Shown here: positions 30,741-41,353 of the stretch, piece after piece
Layout: every line of letters begins with the position of its first letter
Position numbering within the stretch: position 1 is the stretch's first letter
Source of the DNA: Barthelona sp. PCE
Taxonomy: Eukaryota
DNA: 64,000 bases
Assembly: GCA_040285745.1 (NCBI GenBank)
Contig: JAUFOR010000004.1
Location: 1,240,001-1,304,000 of the forward strand
Direction: 5' to 3'
Position numbers and translations under genes: made by a program
The notes under the pieces: model-generated
Database searches by the model: none
Told to the model about the DNA's origin: nothing
Seen by the model: only the letters and a program-made list of their open reading frames with translations

Positions 30741-32306
30741 ATGAACGAAATAGACCATGAAAATACAAAGACCACCACCCAAAATAACACAAAGACATGG
30801 TCTGAAGCTAATTTTCCTCCCATCCCTCTAAAAGATGGTGAACGACTCGAAGAATACAAGAGGCGTGTTGTGGCCAACCCTGAAATACAACCCAAGATTG
30901 AAGTACATAACGAGGAAGCACTTGAACACATAATACATGTTCCCTGTGATTTACACATGCCAGAACACGGTATGAGGGCCGGCGTACACATCAAAGAGAT
31001 CCCAATTGCCATCACTAATGAATCCATACGTCGTTATCATGAACTTAAAGAAAATTATGGAAATTGGTCTGAAGAAGATCACGAACTCGTGAGTAGGGTG
31101 GATAAAATGGTCAGTGAAATTGATTTCGCATGCAAAACTGCTAAAAAGGACGTTGTAACAAAATTAGAAAATGGAAGAACAGGTATTACAAATGATTTTA
31201 AGCCAGAATCACCTTTTGAGCATGTCTGTGAAGACAGCACTTCCATGGTTCCCTCTGACAAGATCAATGGATTTCTATTTCTTCATAAATTCAAAAAAGA
31301 TGAAGAAGGTCGAGATATTTTAGTTCCAAACTGTTTTGTATTGCCAGATTTTTATGCTATACAGGAGAAAACTCCATTTATGGTTCCAGGAACACATCCA
31401 GACGACCTTGAAGAACTGTTTGACAAGATAACCGGAGAAACAATCAGTGAACGTGTAGTCAATTATGAGCGTCCTATGTTAAGCCATAAAATGGAAGACC
31501 TTGATGCTGATGAGATCCTTAATCTTGATAGATTGGCTAAAACGGGTCACAACGAGCATATACTTCCACCAGTTTTAACATTCTCAAGACGTCCGAAAAA
31601 AATTAGCCTTCGTAAGGATGATTTGAGGGTCCTGCTAAACACAAAAACAAGCGATACTGTAACACTGGAGTCAGATGATGAGGTAGAGAATGAGAATGAG
31701 AACGAAAATAGTGATGAAGATGAGAATTATGAGGAAATCCCAGATTTTAAAATTACAAAAAAAAAGAAAGAAGTTATAATTCAGGCATCATGGCTATTTG
31801 TGAACAGAGATTATAGCCCTACTCCTTCAGTGTTTCTTGAAGAGTTGTGCAAAAACATAAAGATGGATGTAGATAGCGCTCAGCGGTGTATTGATACAAG
31901 GCAAGAATCTGTACCACATGAAATAGAAGGAATCTCAAATTTTTCGAGTTATTGTGGGATAATTAATGAAAAAAAATCCTGGGAATTCGGATATCGTGTT
32001 GATAAAGGAACTTTTAAGAATGTTTTTTTCAGATGGGGAACGAATCCATACAGCGATTCGAAATTTTTGATATACCAACAGATACATATGGTAAAGGCAA
32101 GTCTTGATGCTTCTCTTTTCCCTGATCATCCTTTAGCTCTATGTTTCAGTTTTTTCGATGAAGAGCACCCCAATTTTGATTCATTGATAAATGTCATTGT
32201 TGAAGAACCATCGATCAGTGAGGGTTACCTTGTGCCAAAGGATTTCAGGAAGGTAAGAAAATATATTAAGGAAAACTGCTTGGAACCCTTCCTTTTAAAA
32301 GATTAG
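30741..32306 (+). CDS. Hypothetical protein (~520 aa) with acidic ENENEN tract
   Basis: Long ORF; start moved to the first ATG; no family recognised. Confidence 0.7.
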   Translation: MNEIDHENTKTTTQNNTKTWSEANFPPIPLKDGERLEEYKRRVVANPEIQPKIEVHNEEALEHIIHVPCDLHMPEHGMRAGVHIKEIPIAITNESIRRYHELKENYGNWSEEDHELVSRVDKMVSEIDFACKTAKKDVVTKLENGRTGITNDFKPESPFEHVCEDSTSMVPSDKINGFLFLHKFKKDEEGRDILVPNCFVLPDFYAIQEKTPFMVPGTHPDDLEELFDKITGETISERVVNYERPMLSHKMEDLDADEILNLDRLAKTGHNEHILPPVLTFSRRPKKISLRKDDLRVLLNTKTSDTVTLESDDEVENENENENSDEDENYEEIPDFKITKKKKEVIIQASWLFVNRDYSPTPSVFLEELCKNIKMDVDSAQRCIDTRQESVPHEIEGISNFSSYCGIINEKKSWEFGYRVDKGTFKNVFFRWGTNPYSDSKFLIYQQIHMVKASLDASLFPDHPLALCFSFFDEEHPNFDSLINVIVEEPSISEGYLVPKDFRKVRKYIKENCLEPFLLKD

Positions 32307-32330
32307 CACTCACAGTAAAAAAGATGATTT

Positions 32331-33884
32331 TTATTTTCTTCTTCTTCCCTTAGTTCTCCTCAGGGGATCGTTCCTGTTACCCTTTCTCTTTTTCTGATGA
32401 TTCTTCTTACGTTTTCTCAATTGTTTCTTTTGTTCAAGACTTTGTCGAACCGCCCTCAACACAGAACTCGATGCCATGGCCAACTCATTATTGACGTCCT
32501 TCCTCAACAGATACTCCGGGAGATCCTTCATTGCCTTTTCTCTTTGGATCAATCGGTGATTCACATTCAGTCTCAACTCTTTCTTCATAACACTATCCTC
32601 ATTATCTTGAATACCGTAAGAGATGGAACGAATAAGCTCACTGTTCTTCATCTCCTGAGAGATGAGTCTCCTGTTGTAATCATCAACAGCCTTCTTTGTG
32701 CAACGACGAAGAACATCATACACAGAATAATCAATTCCTCCAATCTTTTCGTAATCAAAATCGTTGATCTCGAAATCATCATACGTCCGCTCGTTCTCGG
32801 GTAACATAAAGGATATGTTCATACCCAATGTACCGGCACGGCCTGCACGACCAACACGATGAGAAAAAGTGCTTAACTTCTTGGGCAGTTCAAAATTCAA
32901 AACAACACTTGCGTTTTGGAAGTCAATACCACGCTCGAATACCTTGTCTGTTAATAGTAAAACAGAAATACCACCTTGATTAAAATTTCGAATGATTTCC
33001 ATACGATTTTCAAAGGGAACGTTATCATTAACTAGAGCATGAGTCACAAACATCTTATGCAAGAAAAGAGACGTTCTCAGTGCAGTCTTGTTCTTATTAA
33101 AGAAAATAAGAACTTTTCCTTTAATAAGTTGAAATTTCAACATTGAATATAATAACCAATACTTTTTTCTCTCTTCTTCGACTTTGAAGAAAAAAGTCTC
33201 AAGATCTGCCTTCTCCTTCGCATTCTTTAACTGGATATACTTATGGTTATTAAGATATAGCTCATTAAGATAAGAAATTCCCTCATTAAGTGTTGCTGAA
33301 GAAAAAACTTTCTGCGATGTTGTGCTGATACAGGACAGAATCTTGCTCAGTACGGATGATTCGTCCTGGAGATCACTCATTTCAACTAACAGGTCGGCTT
33401 CATCCAAAGTTAAAAACTGGATTGCCATAGGATCAATGAGATTCATATCTAGGCATCGCAGGAATGGTGTCATTGTCGTAAAGAGCACGGAAAACGTGCC
33501 ACAGACAAGTGTGTCACGCTCCTCTTCAGAAAGTTCACTTGTAATTGCACAAGTGCGTAACTTTGGTAACTCTTTGCCAAATTCGTTCGTTACTGACCAC
33601 AGCTGCTCGACGAGCTCGTTCGTAGGCAGTAGAAACACAGCCGAACAAACGTCAAAACTATCGCTATCAATAATTCTCTGTAACACTGGAAGGATGAATG
33701 AAAGCGACTTGCCTGAACCGGTAGCCGCCTCTATGAAGACGTCTGAGCCTTCCAGGATGTGTGGAATAGTGTGATATTGTACTTTGGTTGGGTTTTCGAA
33801 ACCCTTTTTCTTCAATACTCGCAGTAATCGTTCATCTAACTCAAACTCTTCAAATGTAGCGTCCTTTTCGAGTAACCCACTCAT
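32331..33884 (-). CDS. DBP9: DEAD-box RNA helicase, DBP9/DDX56-like
   Basis: PTKVQ, AATGSGKS, DEAD, SAT, RGIDF, HRVGRAGRAG; LKFQLIKGKVLIF, LPEYL and basic tail with NDPL are typical of Dbp9. Start moved to the first ATG. Confidence 0.8.
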   Translation of the reverse strand: MSGLLEKDATFEEFELDERLLRVLKKKGFENPTKVQYHTIPHILEGSDVFIEAATGSGKSLSFILPVLQRIIDSDSFDVCSAVFLLPTNELVEQLWSVTNEFGKELPKLRTCAITSELSEEERDTLVCGTFSVLFTTMTPFLRCLDMNLIDPMAIQFLTLDEADLLVEMSDLQDESSVLSKILSCISTTSQKVFSSATLNEGISYLNELYLNNHKYIQLKNAKEKADLETFFFKVEEERKKYWLLYSMLKFQLIKGKVLIFFNKNKTALRTSLFLHKMFVTHALVNDNVPFENRMEIIRNFNQGGISVLLLTDKVFERGIDFQNASVVLNFELPKKLSTFSHRVGRAGRAGTLGMNISFMLPENERTYDDFEINDFDYEKIGGIDYSVYDVLRRCTKKAVDDYNRRLISQEMKNSELIRSISYGIQDNEDSVMKKELRLNVNHRLIQREKAMKDLPEYLLRKDVNNELAMASSSVLRAVRQSLEQKKQLRKRKKNHQKKRKGNRNDPLRRTKGRRRK

Positions 33885-33962
33885 TGCAAAATGTGATAAA
33901 AGAGAGATATCGTAGAACAAGTGGTTTCTTTAATCTCCCCTTTCTTCAGCTGCTCTATTTCG

Positions 33963-36900
33963 ATGGACGACCAGCTAGACTCATACCTCGAGTCTGTTCC
34001 TGATTTTTCTAACGTGGAGCCTACACTTGAAGAGTTTGCTAATCAGCTAACTCTCATCCACAAGTATTTATCACCTCCTAATATGTATAGAATCCCTCTT
34101 TACAACATGAAACCCACGATTCGCAAGATTGCGGAGAGCTTATTTCACTTATTGGATAACGAAAGTCTTAATCCTTTAATACTCGATTTAAGACAACAGA
34201 ATTCTGAGAAATTCAGCGTTCTCCTGGACATATTGGCCATTTGCATTGAACACTGCCCTGAATTGAGCACTGACGTCATTGGTCCTGAAAGTCCAATTTC
34301 TGCGTTTCTTTTCAGTGTTTCTAATGAGCCCACACCACAGATATTCATCTCATTCCTCCACCTGCTGGAGGCATGTTGTTCGTCTTTGCAAATTGACACA
34401 TTCACAGAAATATGCAACTACATGACCGAGCAGCCATTTAGTAACATTTATATTACACTATCCCATTTCACAAACAGCTTCGAGCAGCTCAGCAGGCTGC
34501 TCCTCAACATTGATAAGAGCATATCGAAACAGGATACACCATGTTTGATTGCAATCACGAAATTTTTCATACAATTCTTTAGGTGTGTGCTTACATTCGG
34601 TATTACAAAGCACGTGAATATCATACCTGCGCTGCTGAACAGCGTCATCAGTCTCTTAAACAGCACTGTTGGATTTGATGTGAAAATTCATCTATTAGAT
34701 TTACTCATTGAACTGTTGAATTTTAAAATTGCTCATGACTTTTTTATTAGTAATCTTCCTCTTAACCTGCTCAACCCTCGCTATTATGTGGGGAAACAGA
34801 GCGATGGTGGAATAATATGGTACTTTAAGAACTTTAAAGTGATTGATTTTCAATTAACACAAATTGATGATGAAAAAGATTACATTCGAAAGGAAGATTT
34901 AATCATCCATTATCTCAACAGAGTGTTTTATTTCTATGGATGTTTATTTACAACTTTTAACACTGACCAATTGATTAGTCAGTTATATTTGATTGATTCC
35001 GCAATTCAGATCATGAAGACTATCAAGGAACAGCACTATTCACAAGATTCAATTAATGTGGTTTATTTTGGTATTACTTTCTTCTTCAATTCTTTTATGT
35101 TAAAAGCAAAGGAAACTATAAGTGATTCAAAATCAATGAAATCAGATCCTATACGCCGCATTGCCGCTAAATTGGCGTTCCTTGTTAAGCAAATTCTCTT
35201 TGATGGACCTTTCCAAACTGAGTTATTGCTTCACATACAGTATCTTTTCAAAACCCTCACTAAACAGTTCCAAAAATTCACTACAGTTAACAAAGATAAT
35301 GTTGGGCTGTTGAAGAAGGTTGTACATGGTGAAATTTACCTAAATTTATTTCAAGTATTACGATTGTTCGAGATTGCAATGCTCATTAAGTTTAACTTTG
35401 AGAGTATCAGCAATACACTTATTAAGTGCTTCCTCATGAACGATGATAACATGAATTTGTTGCTTTATCTTTGCAGCTTCACTTCAGTCCCTTTTAATCT
35501 CAGCTACAAGAGCATAAATGGATTCGACCTTCACAGGTTCCAAAAGCATATGCTCAACTACGAAGAACTCGTTGACGTGTCTCTGGTTGCGAATAGATTG
35601 CTTTACACAATGCTGATGATCAATACCAGCCATGACAGTGCTTATATGTTGATTAAGTCTCTGAACTTGACGGCTATCCTCCCCAGGTTATACGAGAAGC
35701 TAGCCAACGAGATGTACAGCGAGCACAGTGTGCCTGTTCTTTTCCAAATGTACGAGCATCTTGGCAAAGGATTTTCAAAGTTACATTTTAATTTTTTAGA
35801 CAGCGAAGACGTTAACAGCGTGAATATAACAAAGGAAACAGGACTCAACCACGGTCTTCGCAATACCCCTGTTCGTATCAGAGGTGTCTTCCACCATATT
35901 CAGCATCCCACTGTTGGTTACAACGCCTGTCATGTGCTACTGACCCTCATCAACGAGCTCTTCTGCGAGAAGCTGCCGCTACGCGCCCGCTCCAAGATTG
36001 CATTGCTTATTCTGGGCTTTGACATGAGCAACGATAACAACGTATCAATGGGGTTCGAAACTATCTGTTCCTCTCTCACAGGGCTTTACTATGATGGTAT
36101 CTTCCGCCAGAGCCATACCGTTCCACTAAGGTTTATCTTTGAACTATTTGAGATTGCAGAAGAGGATGCTGAACTGTTTTTAATGCACTCACTATGTCTG
36201 CAATTGGTGAGCAAGGTGTTTATGTGCAGGCAGCTGTTCAACCACGTTATCCCATACGTCCACAGATACCTGCCCAATGTCTTCAACAACTTGTTGACGA
36301 CTGCTTTGATCTCGCTTCCATCGCTTGATGTGCTTAACAATACGCGTATTTTCCTTACGTTTGACGATCCTCTATTCAGGGTGTTGTCTATTTCCAACAT
36401 TTTAAATGTCCTAAGCCAATACTGTTACCATAACATGTTGTCTGAGGACCGACGTATCTCAGCATTGTCAATTGGTCTTGCCCTGCTTGAGAGTCAGGGG
36501 CTGCCCATCCTGCTGGATATGTGCCTTTTTAACTGCGACAAGCCCGATGATCTTTTGGAGTTTAAGACTATTGATGAGAACCAGCGGTATCTTGCAGCGC
36601 AATGGTACGGTAATGCCCCAACCACACAGTACACGGCGAAGCTGGACGCATATCATACCAGCGTAACGCATTTGACTACCATCCACAATTACTTAACCTG
36701 CGTTGACTTTTTAACAGAATTCTCAAAGAATATTAGGAGCTTCATTCACGTGATCACGTCTTTTATCCTCGCTGATAGCGACCAGATCGACGATAGCACC
36801 CGTGTCAGCCATCTTTTCGAGATCGCATCATGTGTTTTGTCCAGACTAACGCTCAATGTCGACGCAAGCTCAATCGATACAAAAATCGCTGCTGAGCTGT

Positions 36901-38342
36901 GCGCCGTCGTGTCAGACATTGTGTGCATGCTTTCTGAAGAGAACCATGTTGAATACAGAACTAACTTCAACCTCTTGCTCAGTCTATCCTGCGAAACCCT
37001 TGATGTTTTCGAGGATGAATCCATCCGCAGTGTTTTTTATTCTATCTTTGTCACTTTAATGGGTTGTGTGACTGATAAACCAAAGTTTTCTTCTGATTTT
37101 ATCCTGCCAATACTACATGATTGCTCTTCGTCAACTTCAGACAATATGCTGATTGTAGAGGCGTTCTCTGCGCTTAAATGCGTGGTACCTGAAGCTGAGA
37201 AGAGTTTGTTCGTCGACATAATGGAGACCATTGAGATTTTCGACTTCCAAAACATTTCAAACCAATTGTCGAGTGCGCCAAGCAACACAACAGTGTTCAA
37301 TGAGCTGCTCATGGTTGCTAACGCCAGAATCGAGTTTATTTTAGAGCTTGCAATTATCGGTCTTACTCCTGACATTATTTCAACACAATTCGTCGTATCG
37401 CTGCCACAGTTGTTGCGCCACATTGACTTCACCATATGGCACTCACACGGTGATGTTATGCATCTGCCGTTGGAGGTTGCACTGGTTTCTTTCAAGACGT
37501 TGTTAGTGTTGCACTCTTCCACCGAGTATGTTGCGCTCATGAATTCTTTCATCCTGAACGCCTGTGATGCGCTTAGCAGCTTGATAACCAGCGCCTTCAG
37601 CTTGGTTAACACGTCAGTAGCCAACCAGCTCAGCTTTTCGTTATTGGAATTGGTGTGTGTGCTCACCAGCGTGTTATGCCGCGTCGTATCGCCGGACAGT
37701 GACCTACAGACATCGCACGCAAAACTCATTAAGCAGAACATCTTGCTTTTCCACGTCCTCTTCGATCGTACCTCACAAGTATCCTTGTTACTCAAGAAGG
37801 AAGAACTTGTTGATGAAGATCTGCTCTCCCTCGAGATTAGACTGTTCTCAGGTTTAACAAGCTTAATTGTTCGTCTTATTATGAATCCTGGCATACAGGC
37901 ATTGAAGGGTGAGGTAGACAGTCTATTATTCCATCCAATTGCGAACAAACAGAAGTCATTTACTAAACACAGTATTGCATTGAAGAGCATCATTGACTTT
38001 GCAAATTCCCTATTGCAATTTTTCTCAACTGATATACCTGCCGCATCCCATCCTGGAGAGATGCATTTGCTTGCAACGAGCACAGAAATGTTGTTATCAA
38101 CGGTATTTATTATTATTGAGCATGTGTTAAGAGATCCAACACTGTTGCAGTCTTACACATTAGCCAATCCCGTTTCTTCAGGTGATGTCTTTAGCGTATT
38201 TAAGCATCAGATCGAGCACAATTATAAGCATTTGTTTATGTGTTTGAAGAATGCTTCAGAGAAAAATCAAAACAAGGCATATCTACTTAGAATTGCAGAA
38301 AACATTACTTCAGAGTATAAGATGTTATCTTTTAAACAGTAA
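33963..38342 (+). CDS. Large alpha-solenoid protein (~1460 aa), possibly Nup205/Nup192-like
   Basis: Leu-rich helical composition throughout; IALLILGFD is reminiscent of Nup205. The ORF is secure; the family call is weak. Confidence 0.45.
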   Translation: MDDQLDSYLESVPDFSNVEPTLEEFANQLTLIHKYLSPPNMYRIPLYNMKPTIRKIAESLFHLLDNESLNPLILDLRQQNSEKFSVLLDILAICIEHCPELSTDVIGPESPISAFLFSVSNEPTPQIFISFLHLLEACCSSLQIDTFTEICNYMTEQPFSNIYITLSHFTNSFEQLSRLLLNIDKSISKQDTPCLIAITKFFIQFFRCVLTFGITKHVNIIPALLNSVISLLNSTVGFDVKIHLLDLLIELLNFKIAHDFFISNLPLNLLNPRYYVGKQSDGGIIWYFKNFKVIDFQLTQIDDEKDYIRKEDLIIHYLNRVFYFYGCLFTTFNTDQLISQLYLIDSAIQIMKTIKEQHYSQDSINVVYFGITFFFNSFMLKAKETISDSKSMKSDPIRRIAAKLAFLVKQILFDGPFQTELLLHIQYLFKTLTKQFQKFTTVNKDNVGLLKKVVHGEIYLNLFQVLRLFEIAMLIKFNFESISNTLIKCFLMNDDNMNLLLYLCSFTSVPFNLSYKSINGFDLHRFQKHMLNYEELVDVSLVANRLLYTMLMINTSHDSAYMLIKSLNLTAILPRLYEKLANEMYSEHSVPVLFQMYEHLGKGFSKLHFNFLDSEDVNSVNITKETGLNHGLRNTPVRIRGVFHHIQHPTVGYNACHVLLTLINELFCEKLPLRARSKIALLILGFDMSNDNNVSMGFETICSSLTGLYYDGIFRQSHTVPLRFIFELFEIAEEDAELFLMHSLCLQLVSKVFMCRQLFNHVIPYVHRYLPNVFNNLLTTALISLPSLDVLNNTRIFLTFDDPLFRVLSISNILNVLSQYCYHNMLSEDRRISALSIGLALLESQGLPILLDMCLFNCDKPDDLLEFKTIDENQRYLAAQWYGNAPTTQYTAKLDAYHTSVTHLTTIHNYLTCVDFLTEFSKNIRSFIHVITSFILADSDQIDDSTRVSHLFEIASCVLSRLTLNVDASSIDTKIAAELCAVVSDIVCMLSEENHVEYRTNFNLLLSLSCETLDVFEDESIRSVFYSIFVTLMGCVTDKPKFSSDFILPILHDCSSSTSDNMLIVEAFSALKCVVPEAEKSLFVDIMETIEIFDFQNISNQLSSAPSNTTVFNELLMVANARIEFILELAIIGLTPDIISTQFVVSLPQLLRHIDFTIWHSHGDVMHLPLEVALVSFKTLLVLHSSTEYVALMNSFILNACDALSSLITSAFSLVNTSVANQLSFSLLELVCVLTSVLCRVVSPDSDLQTSHAKLIKQNILLFHVLFDRTSQVSLLLKKEELVDEDLLSLEIRLFSGLTSLIVRLIMNPGIQALKGEVDSLLFHPIANKQKSFTKHSIALKSIIDFANSLLQFFSTDIPAASHPGEMHLLATSTEMLLSTVFIIIEHVLRDPTLLQSYTLANPVSSGDVFSVFKHQIEHNYKHLFMCLKNASEKNQNKAYLLRIAENITSEYKMLSFKQ

Positions 38343-38350
38343 ATCAGTAA

Positions 38351-38758
38351 TTAATTGTTCTCCAAACGTTGCTTAGCATTGTTACGTGCATTTTTGTAAT
38401 AATTTGGATATTCTTTCACTAACAATGGTTCACGAACGTGATGCTTAATAACACTACCGTGTTCCGGTACAACTGCAAAGAATTGCTCTAAGACAAAGTC
38501 AGCAAGAAGATTCATGCTTTGCATGTTAATCTTAACGTCAATTTGTTGTGCAATAAACATGCATGCATTCAATACATCATCCACTGTCTGATTCAACACG
38601 TCGTTCATGTAGCCCATGAGCTCTTCTGAGCCTTGCAAACGATTTTGGAGCACAGACTTAAAATTCATCATTTGCTGTTGCATATTCGGTACTTGCGGCT
38701 GATGTTGAGGGTGCTGGGGTTGTTGTGGCTGCTGCTGTACGTATTGATAACCTTGCAT
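38351..38758 (-). CDS. Small protein with Q/P-rich N-terminus, unknown function
   Basis: ATG-initiated ORF filling the gap between genes; QQQPQQPQHPQHQPQ low-complexity start. Confidence 0.55.
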   Translation of the reverse strand: MQGYQYVQQQPQQPQHPQHQPQVPNMQQQMMNFKSVLQNRLQGSEELMGYMNDVLNQTVDDVLNACMFIAQQIDVKINMQSMNLLADFVLEQFFAVVPEHGSVIKHHVREPLLVKEYPNYYKNARNNAKQRLENN

Positions 38759-38826
38759 TAGCAAAAAGAGAAATGAAAAGGGATGAAATCAAAACATGAT
38801 CAAATCAAGATGTCTTATTTACATAA

Positions 38827-39780
38827 TTATGCGGATGCTCGTCTTGACTTCATGCCAATGACGATCTTGCCAGTTGTGTGATCCTGACGGATATCATTGC
38901 GAAGATATGACATTGTTTCAGTCTTGTTCAAGCCGTAATCCAGAACAGCTTCGACTGTGGCATTCACTCTAGCTGACATATCTCTCAAAAGTACTGTTGC
39001 AGTAGCATTGGCTGTGGTTAACATGGCTTCAGCCTCTGCACGCGCAAAGGTCATTGTTACATTAGCTGTAGCTGTAGCATTCAACTCCAATGTCCTTGCC
39101 TCAACAACTGCAACCTGACGGAAATACTCGGCTTGCTGAATCTTCTCACGTTCAATATTGGTTAATATCAATGCTTCTCTGATATCATTATGATAACTGT
39201 AATCCAAGAATTCAAAGTCAAAAAGACTGGCATCATATGCGCTAAATTGTTGTTTTAAGAAGATCTCGATTTCACGATGTGTGGAAGTAAAGTTTGAAAA
39301 TAAATTATCAAGAGTATAGTTTTGAACAGCATCACGGACAGCATCGGCAGCAATGAACTTGAAAAAGTTATGGTAATCAAGATAATGATCGTTATAGAGT
39401 TTCTTTAAGTTTGCTTTTGGTAATGAATAAAACATCTTCATCTTAACAAGCAAACGCACCTTATCCGATGTACGGCACTCCATGCCTGATGTGTATGAGA
39501 GCTCCAGAGGGTAAGCAGGCCATTGAATGATCTCACTGAAAACACCAACGTAGTGACGTCCGACCGGTTTAACCTCGGACGTGTCAAGCGTACCATAAAT
39601 ATCGCTGTACACAAAACCTTGATGACCAAGACCGACGGTCTCAATACCAATTAAAATCCAGAGAGTAGCAACAACTAAAACAAGTGATACAAGGAATATG
39701 ATGAGATTTTTCAACGATTTCCTGGCCCAGACAATAATAGCGACAATGCACTCAACGAGTTCCTCACCACCACCGCTCAT
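38827..39780 (-). CDS. SPFH/band-7 (prohibitin-like) membrane protein
   Basis: N-terminal TM segment; GRHYVG, CRTSDKVRL, AVRDAV; Ala/Glu-rich AEAEA coiled tail. Confidence 0.8.
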   Translation of the reverse strand: MSGGGEELVECIVAIIVWARKSLKNLIIFLVSLVLVVATLWILIGIETVGLGHQGFVYSDIYGTLDTSEVKPVGRHYVGVFSEIIQWPAYPLELSYTSGMECRTSDKVRLLVKMKMFYSLPKANLKKLYNDHYLDYHNFFKFIAADAVRDAVQNYTLDNLFSNFTSTHREIEIFLKQQFSAYDASLFDFEFLDYSYHNDIREALILTNIEREKIQQAEYFRQVAVVEARTLELNATATANVTMTFARAEAEAMLTTANATATVLLRDMSARVNATVEAVLDYGLNKTETMSYLRNDIRQDHTTGKIVIGMKSRRASA

Positions 39781-39940
39781 TTGAACTTGAAATAGGAGAA
39801 CAAATAGATAACGTCCTTTATTAGGATTTTAGACCATCTTCCTGCATCTTTGCAGCTATTTGTCAGCTCCTGCAAATCCAGAAACATCAAAATATCTTTA
39901 GAACACTGTTTACTAATTATCGCCCTCATCCACCCCCTCC

Positions 39941-40645
39941 ATGCACAAAACGAAACGCCAGAGGCGGAGCGAGCGGTATGTGAGCGACATGATCGATGCA
40001 TTAACCGATGAAGTCTTCAGTTACGATGTTTCCATTCTAAATGAGGATGCAAAAGAGCTTATTGATGATTTTTACAGCTGGGGCATTATTAACTTCACGA
40101 GCAACAGCAAGATTATGACGGCAAATGAAGATCCGCCACTTCCAGATCAGCTCATTTTAGAAGAGGTTGATGATATCACTTCACATGTAGAAGAAGAAGA
40201 TACTGTGCTACCGTTGCCCCACGAACGCTCGTCGTTAAGTTACATGGAACGTGCTCATTCAAGAACATCATCTGCCCTCACATCACCAAGAAACACCATT
40301 TCCAATATTTTATTTGGCTCAAGACCTGTAACCCCTGAAGAAGAGGAGTTAGTGATGTCAAACACGGCCGAGAGCGAATACTTCTCAAGCCTGCGGTTCG
40401 CCAGTATAGCAGCGCCTAACAAAATGATACCGTGGAAACTAACGAGATCTATAAAAGAGTACGAACCACCACCGAATATGAGGACAGAGGATTTGATAGC
40501 CATGCACATCACGCGGAACATTGCCGACTACTCCCAGACGTTTGGCGGTGATTTAACAATAGAAGAGGATGATGATGAATTGGGAATATCAAAAATCACA
40601 GAAAAGACTATCACAATGATCCATAACATGAAAAATAACACTTAG
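39941..40645 (+). CDS. Hypothetical protein (234 aa)
   Basis: ATG-initiated ORF, acidic and probably disordered; no family recognised. Confidence 0.6.
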   Translation: MHKTKRQRRSERYVSDMIDALTDEVFSYDVSILNEDAKELIDDFYSWGIINFTSNSKIMTANEDPPLPDQLILEEVDDITSHVEEEDTVLPLPHERSSLSYMERAHSRTSSALTSPRNTISNILFGSRPVTPEEEELVMSNTAESEYFSSLRFASIAAPNKMIPWKLTRSIKEYEPPPNMRTEDLIAMHITRNIADYSQTFGGDLTIEEDDDELGISKITEKTITMIHNMKNNT

Positions 40646-41353
40646 CTATACCTGTACCATTCCCTGTGCGGTGATCCTGTAGTCAATAGAAACATCTGGC
40701 AAGTGCGGCGCATCGAAAATACGTGCTTGTCGATTTTTAGTTGTTTTTGTAAGTAAAACACGTACAGTAGCACTATGTTTAAGGATATTGCCACCAATTG
40801 CGGTGAACCCCAGGGTGCCATCTTCCTCTTTAAAGACTGATCTGATTTGATTGGTGTAGACAACGCAGACATCATGTTTAATGGAGACTTCCCTTAATCT
40901 CCTAAACATACGACTGAGCACCGTCTGGCGTTCAAATAACTCTTCCTTCGAATACTCTGTACGTAAAAGATGTGTAAGAGAGTCAATAAAAAAACAACCA
41001 AAGCCTCCATTGGCCATCATCTTGTATGCATGTTCTATCACTTCCAGCTGATGATCTGAGGTGTAAGAGCGTGCAACAATGATGTTTGGGAGGATATCTT
41101 CTGCGTTGATACCCTCGTTCTCACATAATTCCTCAATTCTCGATGTTGAGAAACAGCCCTCCGTATCCAGCCATAGTACGGCCCCGTGGCCGTTTCTAAT
41201 GCATGATACTGCACAACAATGCAACAGTTGTGACTTTCCCGCTCCAGCAGGACCAAAAACTTCACTTATCATTGCCTTTTCAAAGCCTCCATCGAGTATG
41301 TCGTCTATGATCGTCCCGCTTGGTATGCAGTCCCTTTCTTCGTCATCTGACAT
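40646..41353 (-). CDS. RecA-superfamily recombinase (Rad51/DMC1/RadA-like ATPase core, no N-terminal domain)
   Basis: Walker A GPAGAGKS, LDTEGCF, Walker B FFIDS, YTNQ, IGGNILKH, DAPHLP. Confidence 0.88.
   Translation of the reverse strand: MSDDEERDCIPSGTIIDDILDGGFEKAMISEVFGPAGAGKSQLLHCCAVSCIRNGHGAVLWLDTEGCFSTSRIEELCENEGINAEDILPNIIVARSYTSDHQLEVIEHAYKMMANGGFGCFFIDSLTHLLRTEYSKEELFERQTVLSRMFRRLREVSIKHDVCVVYTNQIRSVFKEEDGTLGFTAIGGNILKHSATVRVLLTKTTKNRQARIFDAPHLPDVSIDYRITAQGMVQV

Noticed and set aside
37037-38083. 348 aa antisense ORF and the many other short shadow ORFs in the track
   Set aside because: They lie opposite or inside longer genes, mostly start at non-ATG codons and have no recognisable motifs.
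38351-38758. TAF12-like histone fold call
   Set aside because: Only a faint LLADF resemblance; not enough to name it.
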